A stretch of 64,000 nt of DNA from Candidatus Kapaibacterium sp. (GCA_032027125.1 JAVSMQ010000001.1:12819-76818); one strand, 5' to 3'; positions 10,662 to 21,678 are shown, counted from the stretch's first letter. Program-made: numbers and translations. The notes: generated by a model from the sequence alone, not told the origin.

Positions 10662-10845
10662 ATAAAATCCTTATTTTAATATACTTAGCCTTGAACCTCA
10701 AAGTAAATCTTAACCCAACTTCTGTGAAAGGAAAGATTCCTGACTAAGTCAATAGTTTACCCCCGAACTTATTATTGAATAAGATCTCGCGTTCATTTAT
10801 TTCATAAAAAACCATGTTTATAATGTTTATGAGAAGTGTTCTAAA

Positions 10846-11739
10846 TTACAGCATATAAATTAACGCAATTCCGGCACCGATTTTTTCAGACAACTGAACT
10901 CCCTCATAATTTTTAATGATTGGCAATTCAACAAAACCTGAAATTGAAATATCGGTAAAATGATAACTGAGTTGAGGGACAATCGCTAATATACTTCTTC
11001 CTGTATTGATGATCGGAGTTGAATCATGATTTGATTTTGTCAGATAGTCGTATCTGGCTTCAATTATTCCCGTCAAATCATCAATAATTCCTTTCGTCAA
11101 AAATAGTGAAGTCACAAAACTATTGCCGAGATTTATACTGTCTCTACCTTCTGCGAACAATTCACTCCTGTGAAAAAGTATCATATTCAAATCATCTGTA
11201 AGATTTTTGAAATAAAACAATTGTAATATCAATCCCGGGCTTCCTGACAAAGTTGTATTAGAAGTCAGCGGCAGTCTGCCGCCCAATCCTAATGTTATTT
11301 CCTGAGCATTTGCCCTATCAGAGTAAATTGTATATTTTCCTATTAGAGCAGCGGACGAAAAGCCCGAAATCTTTTCTCTTATAAATCCGAAATTCAAATC
11401 TTTATCAGGGAAAGCACCGATTTCAGTTTCGAGAGTAAATTTCTTTGTTAATCCGTATCCAATATTCAAACCCATGAAGTGTATATTCAGTTCTTCGTCA
11501 TAATACTTCTTAAGCTCTTCACTGCCGCTGTAAAACCGTGAGCCGTGAATAAAATGATTCATTCCTATAATCCTTAACGAACCTTCTTTCAGTACTCCGA
11601 CATTTGATGTTCCTGCAGTAAATGCAGAACTTGAAAAAGCTGCACTGCATGGCGTACACTGACTATAAGTCTGATAATAGAATAAAATTAATAAAAAAAT
11701 TGCGAAAGTAACAATTTTGAGCAATTTACATTCCCTCAA
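10846..11739 (-). CDS. putative outer-membrane beta-barrel protein (hypothetical)
   Basis: An N-terminal signal-like segment is present. Alternating hydrophobic beta-strand patterning runs throughout, with G/S/T/N-rich turns. The gene overlaps the upstream thioredoxin-like gene by 14 nt. Confidence 0.45.
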   Translation of the reverse strand: MRECKLLKIVTFAIFLLILFYYQTYSQCTPCSAAFSSSAFTAGTSNVGVLKEGSLRIIGMNHFIHGSRFYSGSEELKKYYDEELNIHFMGLNIGYGLTKKFTLETEIGAFPDKDLNFGFIREKISGFSSAALIGKYTIYSDRANAQEITLGLGGRLPLTSNTTLSGSPGLILQLFYFKNLTDDLNMILFHRSELFAEGRDSINLGNSFVTSLFLTKGIIDDLTGIIEARYDYLTKSNHDSTPIINTGRSILAIVPQLSYHFTDISISGFVELPIIKNYEGVQLSEKIGAGIALIYML

Positions 11740-12241
11740 TTTTATTTATTATCAATGTAATATCAGTAAATTCTTTTTTTGTCAGAATTATTTGTCCGGA
11801 ATCCGATTCTATAAAAACAATTGGTACCTCGGTAATTTTATACTTTTTGAATATTCCTGAAGGCTCTTCCCAATAATCGTCAAGTCCGTAAAGATTAATT
11901 CTGTTATCTTCGATATTGGATTCTATCAACAGTTTAAAAAAATACGGAAGCGATTGTGAACACTCCAAACACGTTGAAGATGCAAAAATTACAAATCTTA
12001 ATCCTTTTGAATCACTTAGTGAACGAAACTTTTTAATTTCATCATCAGAAAATCCAGTTTTCCGGTATAATGTATCATCCCACCCTGATTTCAGAATCCA
12101 ATCTGTTATATTTGACCTGCCGATTATTTTGTCTGATTCTTCTGTTTTACTTGAAGCACACGAAACAATCATCAAAATAATTAAAATCAACAAATGAACA
12201 AATCTATTTAAAACATTTAAATATACTTTAATTTTTCTCAC
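11726..12241 (-). CDS. thioredoxin-fold lipoprotein (CxxC)
   Basis: The signal peptide has the lipobox IVSCASS. FVIFASSTCLECSQSLPYF contains a CxxC in a thioredoxin-like context, and a later EVPIVF matches a cis-Pro loop-like motif. Confidence 0.55.
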   Translation of the reverse strand: MRKIKVYLNVLNRFVHLLILIILMIVSCASSKTEESDKIIGRSNITDWILKSGWDDTLYRKTGFSDDEIKKFRSLSDSKGLRFVIFASSTCLECSQSLPYFFKLLIESNIEDNRINLYGLDDYWEEPSGIFKKYKITEVPIVFIESDSGQIILTKKEFTDITLIINKIEGM

Positions 12242-12258
12242 TAAATTTCTAAGCCTTT

Positions 12259-13503
12259 TTATGGTTTTTTATCAATATCATCATCAAAAAAGGAATATTG
12301 GTCGTCATCTTCTTCCCAACCGTCATCATCATCGTTGTCTTCTTCTTCCCAGTCTTCATCATCATCTTCATCATCCATTCTAAATTCTTCTTCAAATTCA
12401 ATGATGATATCTGAAAGTTCTCCATCAATCAATTCAAAGAAATCATTTTTTGATAATCCTGCTTCAAATTGATTGAGCAATATTTCCATTTGTTTTTTAA
12501 TTGATAATGCAATTGATTTTGCATTATCATATAGTATTAAAGGACCATTGGGAATATAATCAATATAATTAAAAATTACATCATATTTAGATAAAAATGC
12601 AAGGTTATGAAATGAATGTTTCAAAAATTCAATATTATCATTCATCATTTTAATATAAAAATCAATTCTTTCGACTTGTATGTCATTTAACTTTTCAGGA
12701 TTTGTTGCATAGTATTTGATTTCCAACTTAAACAGTTCTAACAAATTGTCAGTTCTATAGGCTTCCTTTGCTTTATCAATTATTATTTTACTATTCTGAA
12801 CGGTTATTTTATTTTCTTTCAAATCATCAGCAATTGAGAGTTTAATGTGATTATACATTTTATTGAGCATTTCTACAAACTGCTTATTATCAATTTTAAA
12901 AGGAATATTCAATAATGCATTTCCTTTTTCAATAAATTGTTTTATAATTTGATTTGCAATTTCATCAAAATTTAGAATATTCATATTTATTTGAGAAAAA
13001 TCAACTTCATAACCGAAGTAATCACTTATCTCATTCCTTAGGTCTTCCTCCATGTTCGAAATATTCTCTGCCTTCTCTTGTAGATAATCATAACCGGCAA
13101 TACTGATAAACAAAGCATTTTGTTTGGAATCAGGTGTAATAAATTCAAATGAATTATAAAGCATTCGTATTAAAAATTCATCCAACTCAATTCTTTGTTC
13201 TTTATTAATATCAAATTTTTTTGAAGTTACATATATGTTATCAGCAAATCTGTATAAATATTTTGATAAATCTATAAGAATCGGTTTTAATTCATTTTCG
13301 TATTTAACTAATATTGTATCAAACCATTCACGCCTCGCAGCAAGTTCATTTCCCAATTTTTCAGTTTGTTCAGACAACTCAAGAAATTTTCTAATTTTTT
13401 TATCAAGTGGTGATTTGTTTATTTTTACAATCTTCAAAGTACCATCAGCAGAAGATTTGCCGTCCAGTCCTTTTTTCAATTTTGCCATAATGACCCTTTT
13501 CAA
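12259..13503 (-). CDS. hypothetical protein with extremely acidic Trp-containing C-terminal tail
   Basis: This is a long ORF with no recognisable domain. The C-terminus reads MDDEDDDEDWEEEDNDDDDGWEEDDDQYSFFDDDIDKKP. An alternative start lies at 13488. Confidence 0.5.
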   Translation of the reverse strand: MKRVIMAKLKKGLDGKSSADGTLKIVKINKSPLDKKIRKFLELSEQTEKLGNELAARREWFDTILVKYENELKPILIDLSKYLYRFADNIYVTSKKFDINKEQRIELDEFLIRMLYNSFEFITPDSKQNALFISIAGYDYLQEKAENISNMEEDLRNEISDYFGYEVDFSQINMNILNFDEIANQIIKQFIEKGNALLNIPFKIDNKQFVEMLNKMYNHIKLSIADDLKENKITVQNSKIIIDKAKEAYRTDNLLELFKLEIKYYATNPEKLNDIQVERIDFYIKMMNDNIEFLKHSFHNLAFLSKYDVIFNYIDYIPNGPLILYDNAKSIALSIKKQMEILLNQFEAGLSKNDFFELIDGELSDIIIEFEEEFRMDDEDDDEDWEEEDNDDDDGWEEDDDQYSFFDDDIDKKP

Positions 13504-13597
13504 ACTAAATTACACATATACAAAAATACAATTTTCAATTAATATAAAATCAATAAAAAATTGTATTTTTTCTAAATATTAAGAAAACAATTTGAAA

Positions 13598-15790
13598 TTA
13601 TTTTTCTTCTTCTTTTAAAGGTGGATTTTCATCCGGTTTTTCTACTTTGGTTGAATCCGCAGGTATTTTTGCTTCTTCAAGTTTAAAGAACTGCAAAGGA
13701 TTCTGTATTGGATTTTCCGGCATCTCAATCCCCTTCAGCAACTCAACGGGATTTTGCATCAATCCTTCAGTATTATTCAATAATGATGCAGGGTCTTTTA
13801 AAAGTTTTCTCGGGTCGGGCGGTTCCTTTCTTTGGTTGACCTGCTTCATCTGGTTTCTCATTCGTCCTTTTTCAACATCCTGCTGCTTGGGAATTATAAC
13901 TTCTCTTTCTCTTAGTGAATCAGGTATAGGTTCTCCGCTGTTAACAGCCAGTTTGTAGGCAACACCCAGGTTTATTTCTTTTGCATGCTCGGATTGCGGG
14001 TATTTGTCTAATAATATTTTATAATATGCAAGTGCAGAGTCCGGCAGTCTGAGATATTTTTCAAATATCCAGCCGATTGAATAAATCGAAGCAGGCGAGT
14101 ATTTAGACTTTGGATAGCCTTCATAAACTTTGGAAAACTGACTGATTGAATAGTTGTAATCACCATGCCGCATAAGGTTTAAACCGGATGTATAAAGCTC
14201 AGCAACTGAATCAATAACGAAATTACTTGTATATCCTAACTGAAGCTGGGCATCTTTACCAAATTCAGTCAGAGGATGGGTCATAACTATCACATCAAGC
14301 AGTGAATCTACAAGATATGGGTTTGACGGTTTCATGACCCTTGCATAAGCGTGATAAAACCTCGAACTTTCCGGATTCGAGAGAGGTGCCGTATCAACAG
14401 CCAGCTTAAAGTAGTATTCGACTGAATCTTTATTTCCTAATTCTTCGTGTATTCTGCCAACTGAGAAAAGATTTGAAGAAAGTTCAAATTTAGAAGAGTC
14501 TGACAATGCTTCACCGGACTGATATTTCACAAGAAGCGGTTCAGCAGCCTTACGCTTAATATCCCAATTATTCATTAACTCGAACATTTTTTCGGCAGTT
14601 TTAAAAACCGGTGTACGTGTAACCCTTGCTTTTGCAAACATAGAGCGTGCTTTTACATAATCATTTTGGTCATATAAATTCATCCCCTTTTCAAAATAGT
14701 ATGTTAACAAAGCAGGATTGTTTGAATATGCAGAATCAACAAATTTTTCAATTTTGGCAAGGTGTTCAAATGTCGGCTTTGGTTCATCTTCTTTTGGAGT
14801 ATAAGTTGAATCAAGCCATTTCATTCGTACAACCTGCAATTTTTGTACTTGGGTATGAGCAATCCATTCTTCATACTTGCCGTCATTTTCTAATCGGTTA
14901 AGAATTTCATCGGCTTCATCATATCGTCCGATTCTTGCAAGTGAAGCAGCCTGATAAAGATAAGCTTCGAATTTCAAAAGGTAATCAGGGCTGTATTTAT
15001 GAACCTGTCTGAAAGCTTCTTCAGCAAGTTCAAATTTGTGAATCCTATATAATAATGCTGCCATATCGACTTGCCAGCGTGCTTTGACTGCACCGTCGTC
15101 TGTTTGGGAAATTGCATTTTTATAAGGTCTTAAAGCTTTTTCATAATCATTGTTCAGTAGGGCAAGTTCAGCTTCAATTCGGAATGCTTCGGATAAAATG
15201 TCGTATCTTTTTTTCTGCCATGCAATGTCAACAGTACGTGAAAGCATTATTTCACCGGCATGGAATTTTCTCTGAATCAATAAATTTTTTGTATATAATA
15301 AATGAGCATCAGGCGACAAATCACCTTCTGGAAATTTATCTACAAGTTCACTACACTTTAATTGTGAGTTAAGCCAATCTTCCTGATAAAAGAAAGATTT
15401 CGACATCAACCACAGAGCTCCTTCTACATAATCGCTTTTACCCTTACGAGCTAATATTTTGGAACCTTTAATGATAATAGAATCTAATTTAACCTGTACG
15501 GGCTGTCTTTTCTGCTTGGTTACAATGAATTCTATTAAAAATGGAGGCGGACCCATTATGTTTTGGTCCTGAACATATATCTCCGGCTGAGGTACAAATA
15601 CACGGGGCTGAACCCGCTTTTTTTCATCCTGAAATTCGAATTCTTCTTCTGCCTCGTAAGTAAGCCGCTCCATATTATAATAGGTATTAAAATATGTGGT
15701 AAAATTAGTGAAATTTGAGCAGGCACTACCCATCAGAAAGTATGTTGCCAGTGTTAGCAGCATCAATGTTATGATTCTTTTAGGATTCAT
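13598..15790 (-). CDS. TPR-repeat lipoprotein with Pro/Glu/Lys-rich C-terminus
   Basis: The lipobox is LMGSACSNF. Multiple TPR-like helical repeats are present (e.g. AL.YYK.LLDKYPQSEHA). The tail is low complexity. A PorW/SprE-like role is conceivable but not testable here. Confidence 0.65.
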   Translation of the reverse strand: MNPKRIITLMLLTLATYFLMGSACSNFTNFTTYFNTYYNMERLTYEAEEEFEFQDEKKRVQPRVFVPQPEIYVQDQNIMGPPPFLIEFIVTKQKRQPVQVKLDSIIIKGSKILARKGKSDYVEGALWLMSKSFFYQEDWLNSQLKCSELVDKFPEGDLSPDAHLLYTKNLLIQRKFHAGEIMLSRTVDIAWQKKRYDILSEAFRIEAELALLNNDYEKALRPYKNAISQTDDGAVKARWQVDMAALLYRIHKFELAEEAFRQVHKYSPDYLLKFEAYLYQAASLARIGRYDEADEILNRLENDGKYEEWIAHTQVQKLQVVRMKWLDSTYTPKEDEPKPTFEHLAKIEKFVDSAYSNNPALLTYYFEKGMNLYDQNDYVKARSMFAKARVTRTPVFKTAEKMFELMNNWDIKRKAAEPLLVKYQSGEALSDSSKFELSSNLFSVGRIHEELGNKDSVEYYFKLAVDTAPLSNPESSRFYHAYARVMKPSNPYLVDSLLDVIVMTHPLTEFGKDAQLQLGYTSNFVIDSVAELYTSGLNLMRHGDYNYSISQFSKVYEGYPKSKYSPASIYSIGWIFEKYLRLPDSALAYYKILLDKYPQSEHAKEINLGVAYKLAVNSGEPIPDSLREREVIIPKQQDVEKGRMRNQMKQVNQRKEPPDPRKLLKDPASLLNNTEGLMQNPVELLKGIEMPENPIQNPLQFFKLEEAKIPADSTKVEKPDENPPLKEEEK

Positions 15791-15940
15791 TTTCTAATTT
15801 AATATTCAATTATACAATGTATAAAATAACTAATATACAATCCTCCACTCGTAAAGACAATTCAATTCAAAAAATGTTTCACATAATTGTATTTACGATA
15901 TTCAAATATTAATATTTTTAATTTTTTTAGAATGATTGAT

Positions 15941-17242
15941 TTAATTGCTGAATAACAATTTACCTTTAATATATGTAGAATCAACATATTTGTTGCCTAA
16001 CAAATAAAGAAGTTTGGAAGTAATTGTATCAAGGGATATATTACCGATTTCAATACCCATTCTTTCTAATTTTACAGTCGCAAAATCGGCATCCACTCCG
16101 GTTTTAAAATCACCTGTAATATTTGATATTCCAAGTATATCGGCATTTCCTTTTGTTGCCGTCCACAATGCCTCCCCTGAAGATAAGACTTCTGATGTAT
16201 GATCATGTATCAATTGATATGTTTTGCTTGTTTCTACGGCTTCTTTAAGCTCGTGCAGCATTGAGAGAGAAGTGCCGCCTGCAACATCGCTGCCAATTCC
16301 GACATGTATAAGTTCATTTATATTCATAAATGGGAATATACCGCTTTTCAAAAATCTGTTCGATGAAGGACAATGAACAACATTTGAATTATTACTTTTG
16401 ATAAGTTCTATTTCATAATCACTCAAGTAAATACAATGTGCAAGAAGAGTTTTTTCATTTAACATTCCTGCCTGATGGTAAACATCTGTATATGTATTAC
16501 ATTGCGGAAACATTCCGGCAACCTTCTTCAGTTCGTCAATATTTTCTGCTAAATGAGTCTGAATATAAAAACCGTCTTTACGTGAAACTTCACCGGTTTT
16601 TTTCATAAGTTCCATTGAACATATCAGTGCGTATCTTGGTGTCAGGATATATTTGAGTTTATTCTCTCCGGCTCCGTGCCATTTTCCGGCAAGTTTTAAA
16701 GAGTCATCAATGTTGTTCCTTGTTGATTTTAACAGCAATTCAGGTGCATTAGTATCCATCATAGACATTCCGATAAACGCCCTAATACCTGAATCGAAGG
16801 CAGCCTGAAAAGCTGAATCAGTACCGTCAAAACTTGAATTTGAATATGCTGTTACTGTGGTTGTGCCATATTTGAGACATTCCTCAAAGAACATTTTTGA
16901 TAAAGAAAAAGCATATTCCGGATCATTGAATTTTATTTCCAACGGATAAATATATTCGTCAAGCCATTTTAATAAAGTTCCTTTTCCTAAACCAATAGCG
17001 GGATATTGGGGAATGTGTGTATGTAAATCAATTAATCCGGGAATAATAATGCAGTCTGTTTTATCAAGTATTTCATTTATATTGTAATCAGTTATGCTTT
17101 CTGTGTTAATACCGAAATATCTAATCTTACCTTCAGTATCAACCGCCAGATAATGATTCTCAAAAAATTCCATTTTTTTATCAGAACCCGGTTTCAGAAA
17201 ATGTGATTTGATAACATAACTTTTATTTCTAAACTGACCCAT
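15941..17242 (-). CDS. guaD: amidohydrolase, guanine deaminase-like
   Basis: PGLIDLHTHIPQYPAIG...LLKWLDEYIYPLEIKFNDPEYA matches the guanine deaminase N-terminal metal-binding region. Later HLAEN, HC and GSDVAGG motifs are also present. Confidence 0.7.
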   Translation of the reverse strand: MGQFRNKSYVIKSHFLKPGSDKKMEFFENHYLAVDTEGKIRYFGINTESITDYNINEILDKTDCIIIPGLIDLHTHIPQYPAIGLGKGTLLKWLDEYIYPLEIKFNDPEYAFSLSKMFFEECLKYGTTTVTAYSNSSFDGTDSAFQAAFDSGIRAFIGMSMMDTNAPELLLKSTRNNIDDSLKLAGKWHGAGENKLKYILTPRYALICSMELMKKTGEVSRKDGFYIQTHLAENIDELKKVAGMFPQCNTYTDVYHQAGMLNEKTLLAHCIYLSDYEIELIKSNNSNVVHCPSSNRFLKSGIFPFMNINELIHVGIGSDVAGGTSLSMLHELKEAVETSKTYQLIHDHTSEVLSSGEALWTATKGNADILGISNITGDFKTGVDADFATVKLERMGIEIGNISLDTITSKLLYLLGNKYVDSTYIKGKLLFSN

Positions 17243-17255
17243 TTCATCCTCTTTT

Positions 17256-18587
17256 TTAAACCAGTCTTCTTGATTTGATTTCCAGATACTTATTTATTGT
17301 TTTCAATGTTAAATCTTCAGGTTTACACAGTAATGACATTATGCCATTCATCCTTAATTCGTTTATTATTTCCTGTTTTTCAATCATAAACTGTTCGGCA
17401 GTAATTTTTTTATAAATATCGAAATCTTTTTGAGGTATATCATTAAGCATTTTACTGACTTCGGTATTTTCAAAGAAAACAATCAAGGGCAGATGAAATT
17501 TAGCAATCAATTTTATGTAATCAATATTCCGCCTCATTGCATTGATTGTTTCAAAATTTGTAAATATCATCAGGAGGCTTCTTTGTGGAATTTTTCGTCT
17601 AATGAAAGAATATAGTATTTCAAAGCTTGTTTCAGCGTAATTGGTTTCTAAACGATATAACGATTCTGAAATTTTTGCTCTTTGGGTAATAGAATTACTT
17701 GCCGGAATAAATGTACCCAATTCATCGGAGAAAGTTACAAGTCCGGCTTTATCATATTTTTTTTGCACTATTGATGAAACCGCAAGTGTTGAATTTATTG
17801 AATAGTCAAGCAGGGTCATGCCGTTAAAAGGCATTTTCATGTTTCTTCCCATATCAATTATGCAGTAAATATTCTGCGACCGTTCATCAATAAACTGATT
17901 AACCATCATGTCGCCTTTTCTTCCGGTAGCTTTCCAGTTGATTGAGCGGTAATCATCACCGTTTCGATATTCCCTGATATGCTCAAACTCCATCGTATGC
18001 CCAAGCTTTCGGACTTCCTTTATTCCCGGATTAATCAAGCGGTTCGATATTGCTTTCATTTCATAATGCTTAATTTTAAGAAATGACGGGTAAACAGGTA
18101 ATTCAGTACCTTCGCAGAAAATGAACTTTCTGCTTCCCAGTCCTAAAATGCCTGTAACATAAATATTTAATTTCCCAAAAGTGTAACTGCCCCGTTTAAC
18201 AGGTCTAAGAAAATATTTCAATGTAATTTCAGAACCGGTGCTGAGTTTCCGAATTATTTTAAAATCTCTTTTCTGCAATTGAAATGGTGTTTCATCAATT
18301 ATCAAACATTCTATATTAAATTTGTATCTGTTTATAAGTTTTATTAAAATCTCATTTTCATCACCGTTTGATAATTTTTCCGGTAAAATTCTATCAGCTA
18401 CGATACCATCAGAAAGATAAAGAATGAAAATCTCTGTAATTACAGCCAAAATTGTCAATAACAAAAATCCCATGGCAATGTAATAAATGATTCCAAAAAA
18501 GAAACCGCAGACAAACATTACTGAAATGACTGCCAGAATCCAAAACAATCTCAAATTGGGATAATATGACCTGATAAAACTTATCAA
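17256..18587 (-). CDS. DUF58 domain protein (vWA-like partner of MoxR)
   Basis: Two N-terminal TM helices are present. The DUF58 signature region is FEHIREYRNGDDYRSINWKATGRKGDMMVNQF. A 4-nt overlap joins it to the MoxR gene. Confidence 0.8.
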   Translation of the reverse strand: MISFIRSYYPNLRLFWILAVISVMFVCGFFFGIIYYIAMGFLLLTILAVITEIFILYLSDGIVADRILPEKLSNGDENEILIKLINRYKFNIECLIIDETPFQLQKRDFKIIRKLSTGSEITLKYFLRPVKRGSYTFGKLNIYVTGILGLGSRKFIFCEGTELPVYPSFLKIKHYEMKAISNRLINPGIKEVRKLGHTMEFEHIREYRNGDDYRSINWKATGRKGDMMVNQFIDERSQNIYCIIDMGRNMKMPFNGMTLLDYSINSTLAVSSIVQKKYDKAGLVTFSDELGTFIPASNSITQRAKISESLYRLETNYAETSFEILYSFIRRKIPQRSLLMIFTNFETINAMRRNIDYIKLIAKFHLPLIVFFENTEVSKMLNDIPQKDFDIYKKITAEQFMIEKQEIINELRMNGIMSLLCKPEDLTLKTINKYLEIKSRRLV

Positions 18588-19570
18588 CGCGGAACCTCTA
18601 TTCCCTGTATAATTGATTTAATTACTTCATCAGGACTGATTCCATCCATTTCTTTTTCAGGTGTTAAAATCAATCTGTGACGTAATGCCGGATAAGCAAC
18701 ATACAATATATCCTCGGGAGTTACGAAATCACGCCCGTTTATTGCTGCATATACTTTCGATGACTGCAAAATTGCCACTGCTCCTCTCGGTGATGCTCCC
18801 AGAAATACCGATTTACTCTTTCGTGTAGCCTGAACAATTTCAGCAATATATTTCAGTAATTCATCACTTATTATTGTTTTTGAAGCAGTTAACCGCATTA
18901 AATCGAGTTCGTCGGAGGTTAGAACAGGATTAATATTTTCAAGTCTGTTAATAATATTACCTGAATTTTTTAATTTCAATATTTCAATTTCGTCATTTAA
19001 CGAAGGATAATCAAGGAGAATCTTAAACAGAAATCTGTCAATCTGAGCTTCAGGCAGCCGGTATGTACCTTCCTGTTCTATTGGATTTTGAGTAGCCAAA
19101 ACTGTAAATGAAGAAGGTAATTGGTGAGTATTGCCGTCAATTGTTACCTGTAATTCTTCCATTGCTTCGAATAATGCCGATTGAGTCTTTGCCGGGGCTC
19201 GGTTGATTTCATCTGCCAGTATAATATTCGAAAAAACAGGTCCTTTACGAAGCTCGAATTCAAGCGACCTTGGATTGAAAACAGAAGTTCCTGTTATGTC
19301 GGAGGGCATCAAATCCGGAGTGAATTGAATTCTTTTAAAATCAAGCTGCAAAGTATGAGCAGTCAATTTTGCCATTAGGGTTTTCGCTATTCCCGGTACA
19401 CCTTCTATCAGAACATGACCGCCGGAAATCAGAGCAGTCAGAATAAGCTCGACAGCATCATTATTTGCTATCAATCCTTTACCGATTTCTGATTTAACCT
19501 TATCAATCAGGTTTTTAAAATTTGACAAATCAATTCTTGAGGTAAATTCCAATTCAGATTTTTCGTTCAT
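18584..19570 (-). CDS. MoxR-family AAA+ ATPase
   Basis: Walker A is EGVPGIAKT and Walker B is ILADEINRAPAKTQSALFEAM. LATQNPIEQEGTYRLPEAQIDRF is the typical MoxR core. Confidence 0.9.
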   Translation of the reverse strand: MNEKSELEFTSRIDLSNFKNLIDKVKSEIGKGLIANNDAVELILTALISGGHVLIEGVPGIAKTLMAKLTAHTLQLDFKRIQFTPDLMPSDITGTSVFNPRSLEFELRKGPVFSNIILADEINRAPAKTQSALFEAMEELQVTIDGNTHQLPSSFTVLATQNPIEQEGTYRLPEAQIDRFLFKILLDYPSLNDEIEILKLKNSGNIINRLENINPVLTSDELDLMRLTASKTIISDELLKYIAEIVQATRKSKSVFLGASPRGAVAILQSSKVYAAINGRDFVTPEDILYVAYPALRHRLILTPEKEMDGISPDEVIKSIIQGIEVPR

Positions 19571-20784
19571 AAGTTAACCTTTTTATAAAATGTATCAATT
19601 TCACTGCATAAAGATTCCAACTGTTTATTATCAATTTTTGACGATAAATTTATAGTATTCATTTTATCAAAAATTCGTTTTATTTCATGCTCTGTAAGTC
19701 CTGATTTAGATGACAAATACTCATAAAATCCATCAACATGCGGATTAATATTTATATTCATCCTGTTTCTGATATAATTGTAGAAATGGTTTATTTTTTT
19801 CTGAGCTATTTCCTGATTATCGCGAATTGCAAAAGATAGTTTTGCTATTGTTGAAATAAATTCAGCTGTTGAATTTATGTGTGGTTTGATTTCAGGAATT
19901 GCTCTCTGTCTGCGTTTGATTCCGAAAATCATAAACAAAAAAACCGAAATCAGCAGTACATAATACCCGCTCGTTAGAGATTTATTACTCATAATAAATT
20001 TCAGTGGTGATTTATCCATATTACCGACTGCAAAATAGTCAATTATGACTGTATTCCGTAAGGGCAAAAATGACAAACATTTTTCTGCTAATTGGCGTGA
20101 ATTTGAATCAAGCAGGTTAATATTTGTAAAAGTGAATGGAAATGAGAACAAATACAAACTGCCTTTATAAGTATCATTTTTCAATAAAACCGCGACATCA
20201 TTATCTGCTTCAATCAATAAACTGCATGTTTGTTTCAAGCTGTCAGTATCGAAATATGCACAATAACCGACAGGCATGTAATATGTATTACCTGAATCGG
20301 AAATACTAATAAACCTTAAAGGTTTGTAATCCTTGTCACGCTGCTTAAAATTGTTGTCGAAATATTGGTAGGGTTCACATTTTATACCAAGTTTTTTTTC
20401 AATTATACCGAAACTTGTAGAAGCAATAAATATGTTATTTCCCTGATTGAGTAAATAAGTAATATCATCAAAATCACTTTTCGTAAATGATGTATTTTCA
20501 CCAATAATTATAAAATTTTTCACCGAGTCTGAAAGCAACCGGTTGTTTTTATTTAAATTACTCTCAGAGCGGTATTCGAAAAGCGTTTTTGAATAAACTT
20601 CAACTTTCCGGGTTCTAAATAAATCCTGCACAATTTTATCGAAAACGTACATACCGAAAGGATTCTTGTCGTTTAGTCTGAATGTAGCTGTCCAATCTAA
20701 TGGTTTTGTCCTTGTCAATTCAGCAATAAGCGTGAATAACACCATCAAAGTTACCGAAATATATATCAATTTAAGGGTTTTCAT
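19567..20784 (-). CDS. DUF4350-like membrane-anchored protein
   Basis: An N-terminal TM helix and a second TM near residue 275 are present. Its position between the DUF4129-like and MoxR genes matches the conserved cluster. The family assignment is from memory of this architecture. Confidence 0.5.
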   Translation of the reverse strand: MKTLKLIYISVTLMVLFTLIAELTRTKPLDWTATFRLNDKNPFGMYVFDKIVQDLFRTRKVEVYSKTLFEYRSESNLNKNNRLLSDSVKNFIIIGENTSFTKSDFDDITYLLNQGNNIFIASTSFGIIEKKLGIKCEPYQYFDNNFKQRDKDYKPLRFISISDSGNTYYMPVGYCAYFDTDSLKQTCSLLIEADNDVAVLLKNDTYKGSLYLFSFPFTFTNINLLDSNSRQLAEKCLSFLPLRNTVIIDYFAVGNMDKSPLKFIMSNKSLTSGYYVLLISVFLFMIFGIKRRQRAIPEIKPHINSTAEFISTIAKLSFAIRDNQEIAQKKINHFYNYIRNRMNININPHVDGFYEYLSSKSGLTEHEIKRIFDKMNTINLSSKIDNKQLESLCSEIDTFYKKVNL

Positions 20785-21667
20785 TTTTGACCACCCTATT
20801 TGAGAAATCTGAAAACTTTTCTGATATTATTGAATAATCATTTTCCGATATTTGAAATTTTCCATAAGATACAAAATTGAAAATATATGACAGCCGGCTA
20901 AATGCTTCATGTAAATGTGAATTCCTGATTTCCCGCAGGTAATCTGTATTTGTGCTGCCGGGTTTATAATTCAATATCCCTGATTCAAATAATATTTTCA
21001 ATACCTTTAGAAAATTTAGTCTTACAGCTTCTGAATAATTGCCGCTCTCTAATGCTTCTGCAATTTCTCTGTCAAAATTCAAAGTATGTATCTCATTAAA
21101 AGAATTTTTTCTTACGACTAATGATTTACCTAATGAATTAGATAATCCTGTATTAAGTCTTTTTTTAATCAGAAGGAATATCAAAAAACCGGATATGAGT
21201 AAAATCAATATAATTAATATTGGTGATGCACCCGAATTGCCTATTAATTCTGTCAGGGGAATAATAACATATTTATAAAACAGCCTATCTAAAAATTCCC
21301 ATAAATCAAATTTTGGAGCAGTATTTCCGGAATAATAAAAATCCTTATCATTATGGAAATCATTTATTTTTTGGGTATCAAAATTTCTTGTTTCAATAGA
21401 TGATGAATCATATAACAAATTGTTTTTTGAAGTTGCTTCAACACTGTCATCTACAATACCGGAATTAGAAATAATTGTTGAATCAGCTTGGCTTATCTTC
21501 AAAGAATCAATCGAAATTTGGGAACTCAGAATTATCGGGTAGAAAAAAAATATCAATGAAACAATTGCTAAAATCCGCAAAATAATAACACCGGACCTCC
21601 CCAATTGGGAAGGTCTGTGTATTTGTAAATAATTTTGATAAAAATAATCACACCCAATTTTGAGCAT
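20771..21667 (-). CDS. DUF4129-like membrane protein
   Basis: TM helices are followed by a C-terminal helical region (YSEAVRLNFLKVLKILFESGILNYKPGSTNTDYLREI) typical of DUF4129. A 14-nt overlap joins it to the downstream gene. Confidence 0.5.
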   Translation of the reverse strand: MLKIGCDYFYQNYLQIHRPSQLGRSGVIILRILAIVSLIFFFYPIILSSQISIDSLKISQADSTIISNSGIVDDSVEATSKNNLLYDSSSIETRNFDTQKINDFHNDKDFYYSGNTAPKFDLWEFLDRLFYKYVIIPLTELIGNSGASPILIILILLISGFLIFLLIKKRLNTGLSNSLGKSLVVRKNSFNEIHTLNFDREIAEALESGNYSEAVRLNFLKVLKILFESGILNYKPGSTNTDYLREIRNSHLHEAFSRLSYIFNFVSYGKFQISENDYSIISEKFSDFSNRVVKNENP

Positions 21668-21678
21668 TTATTACCTTT

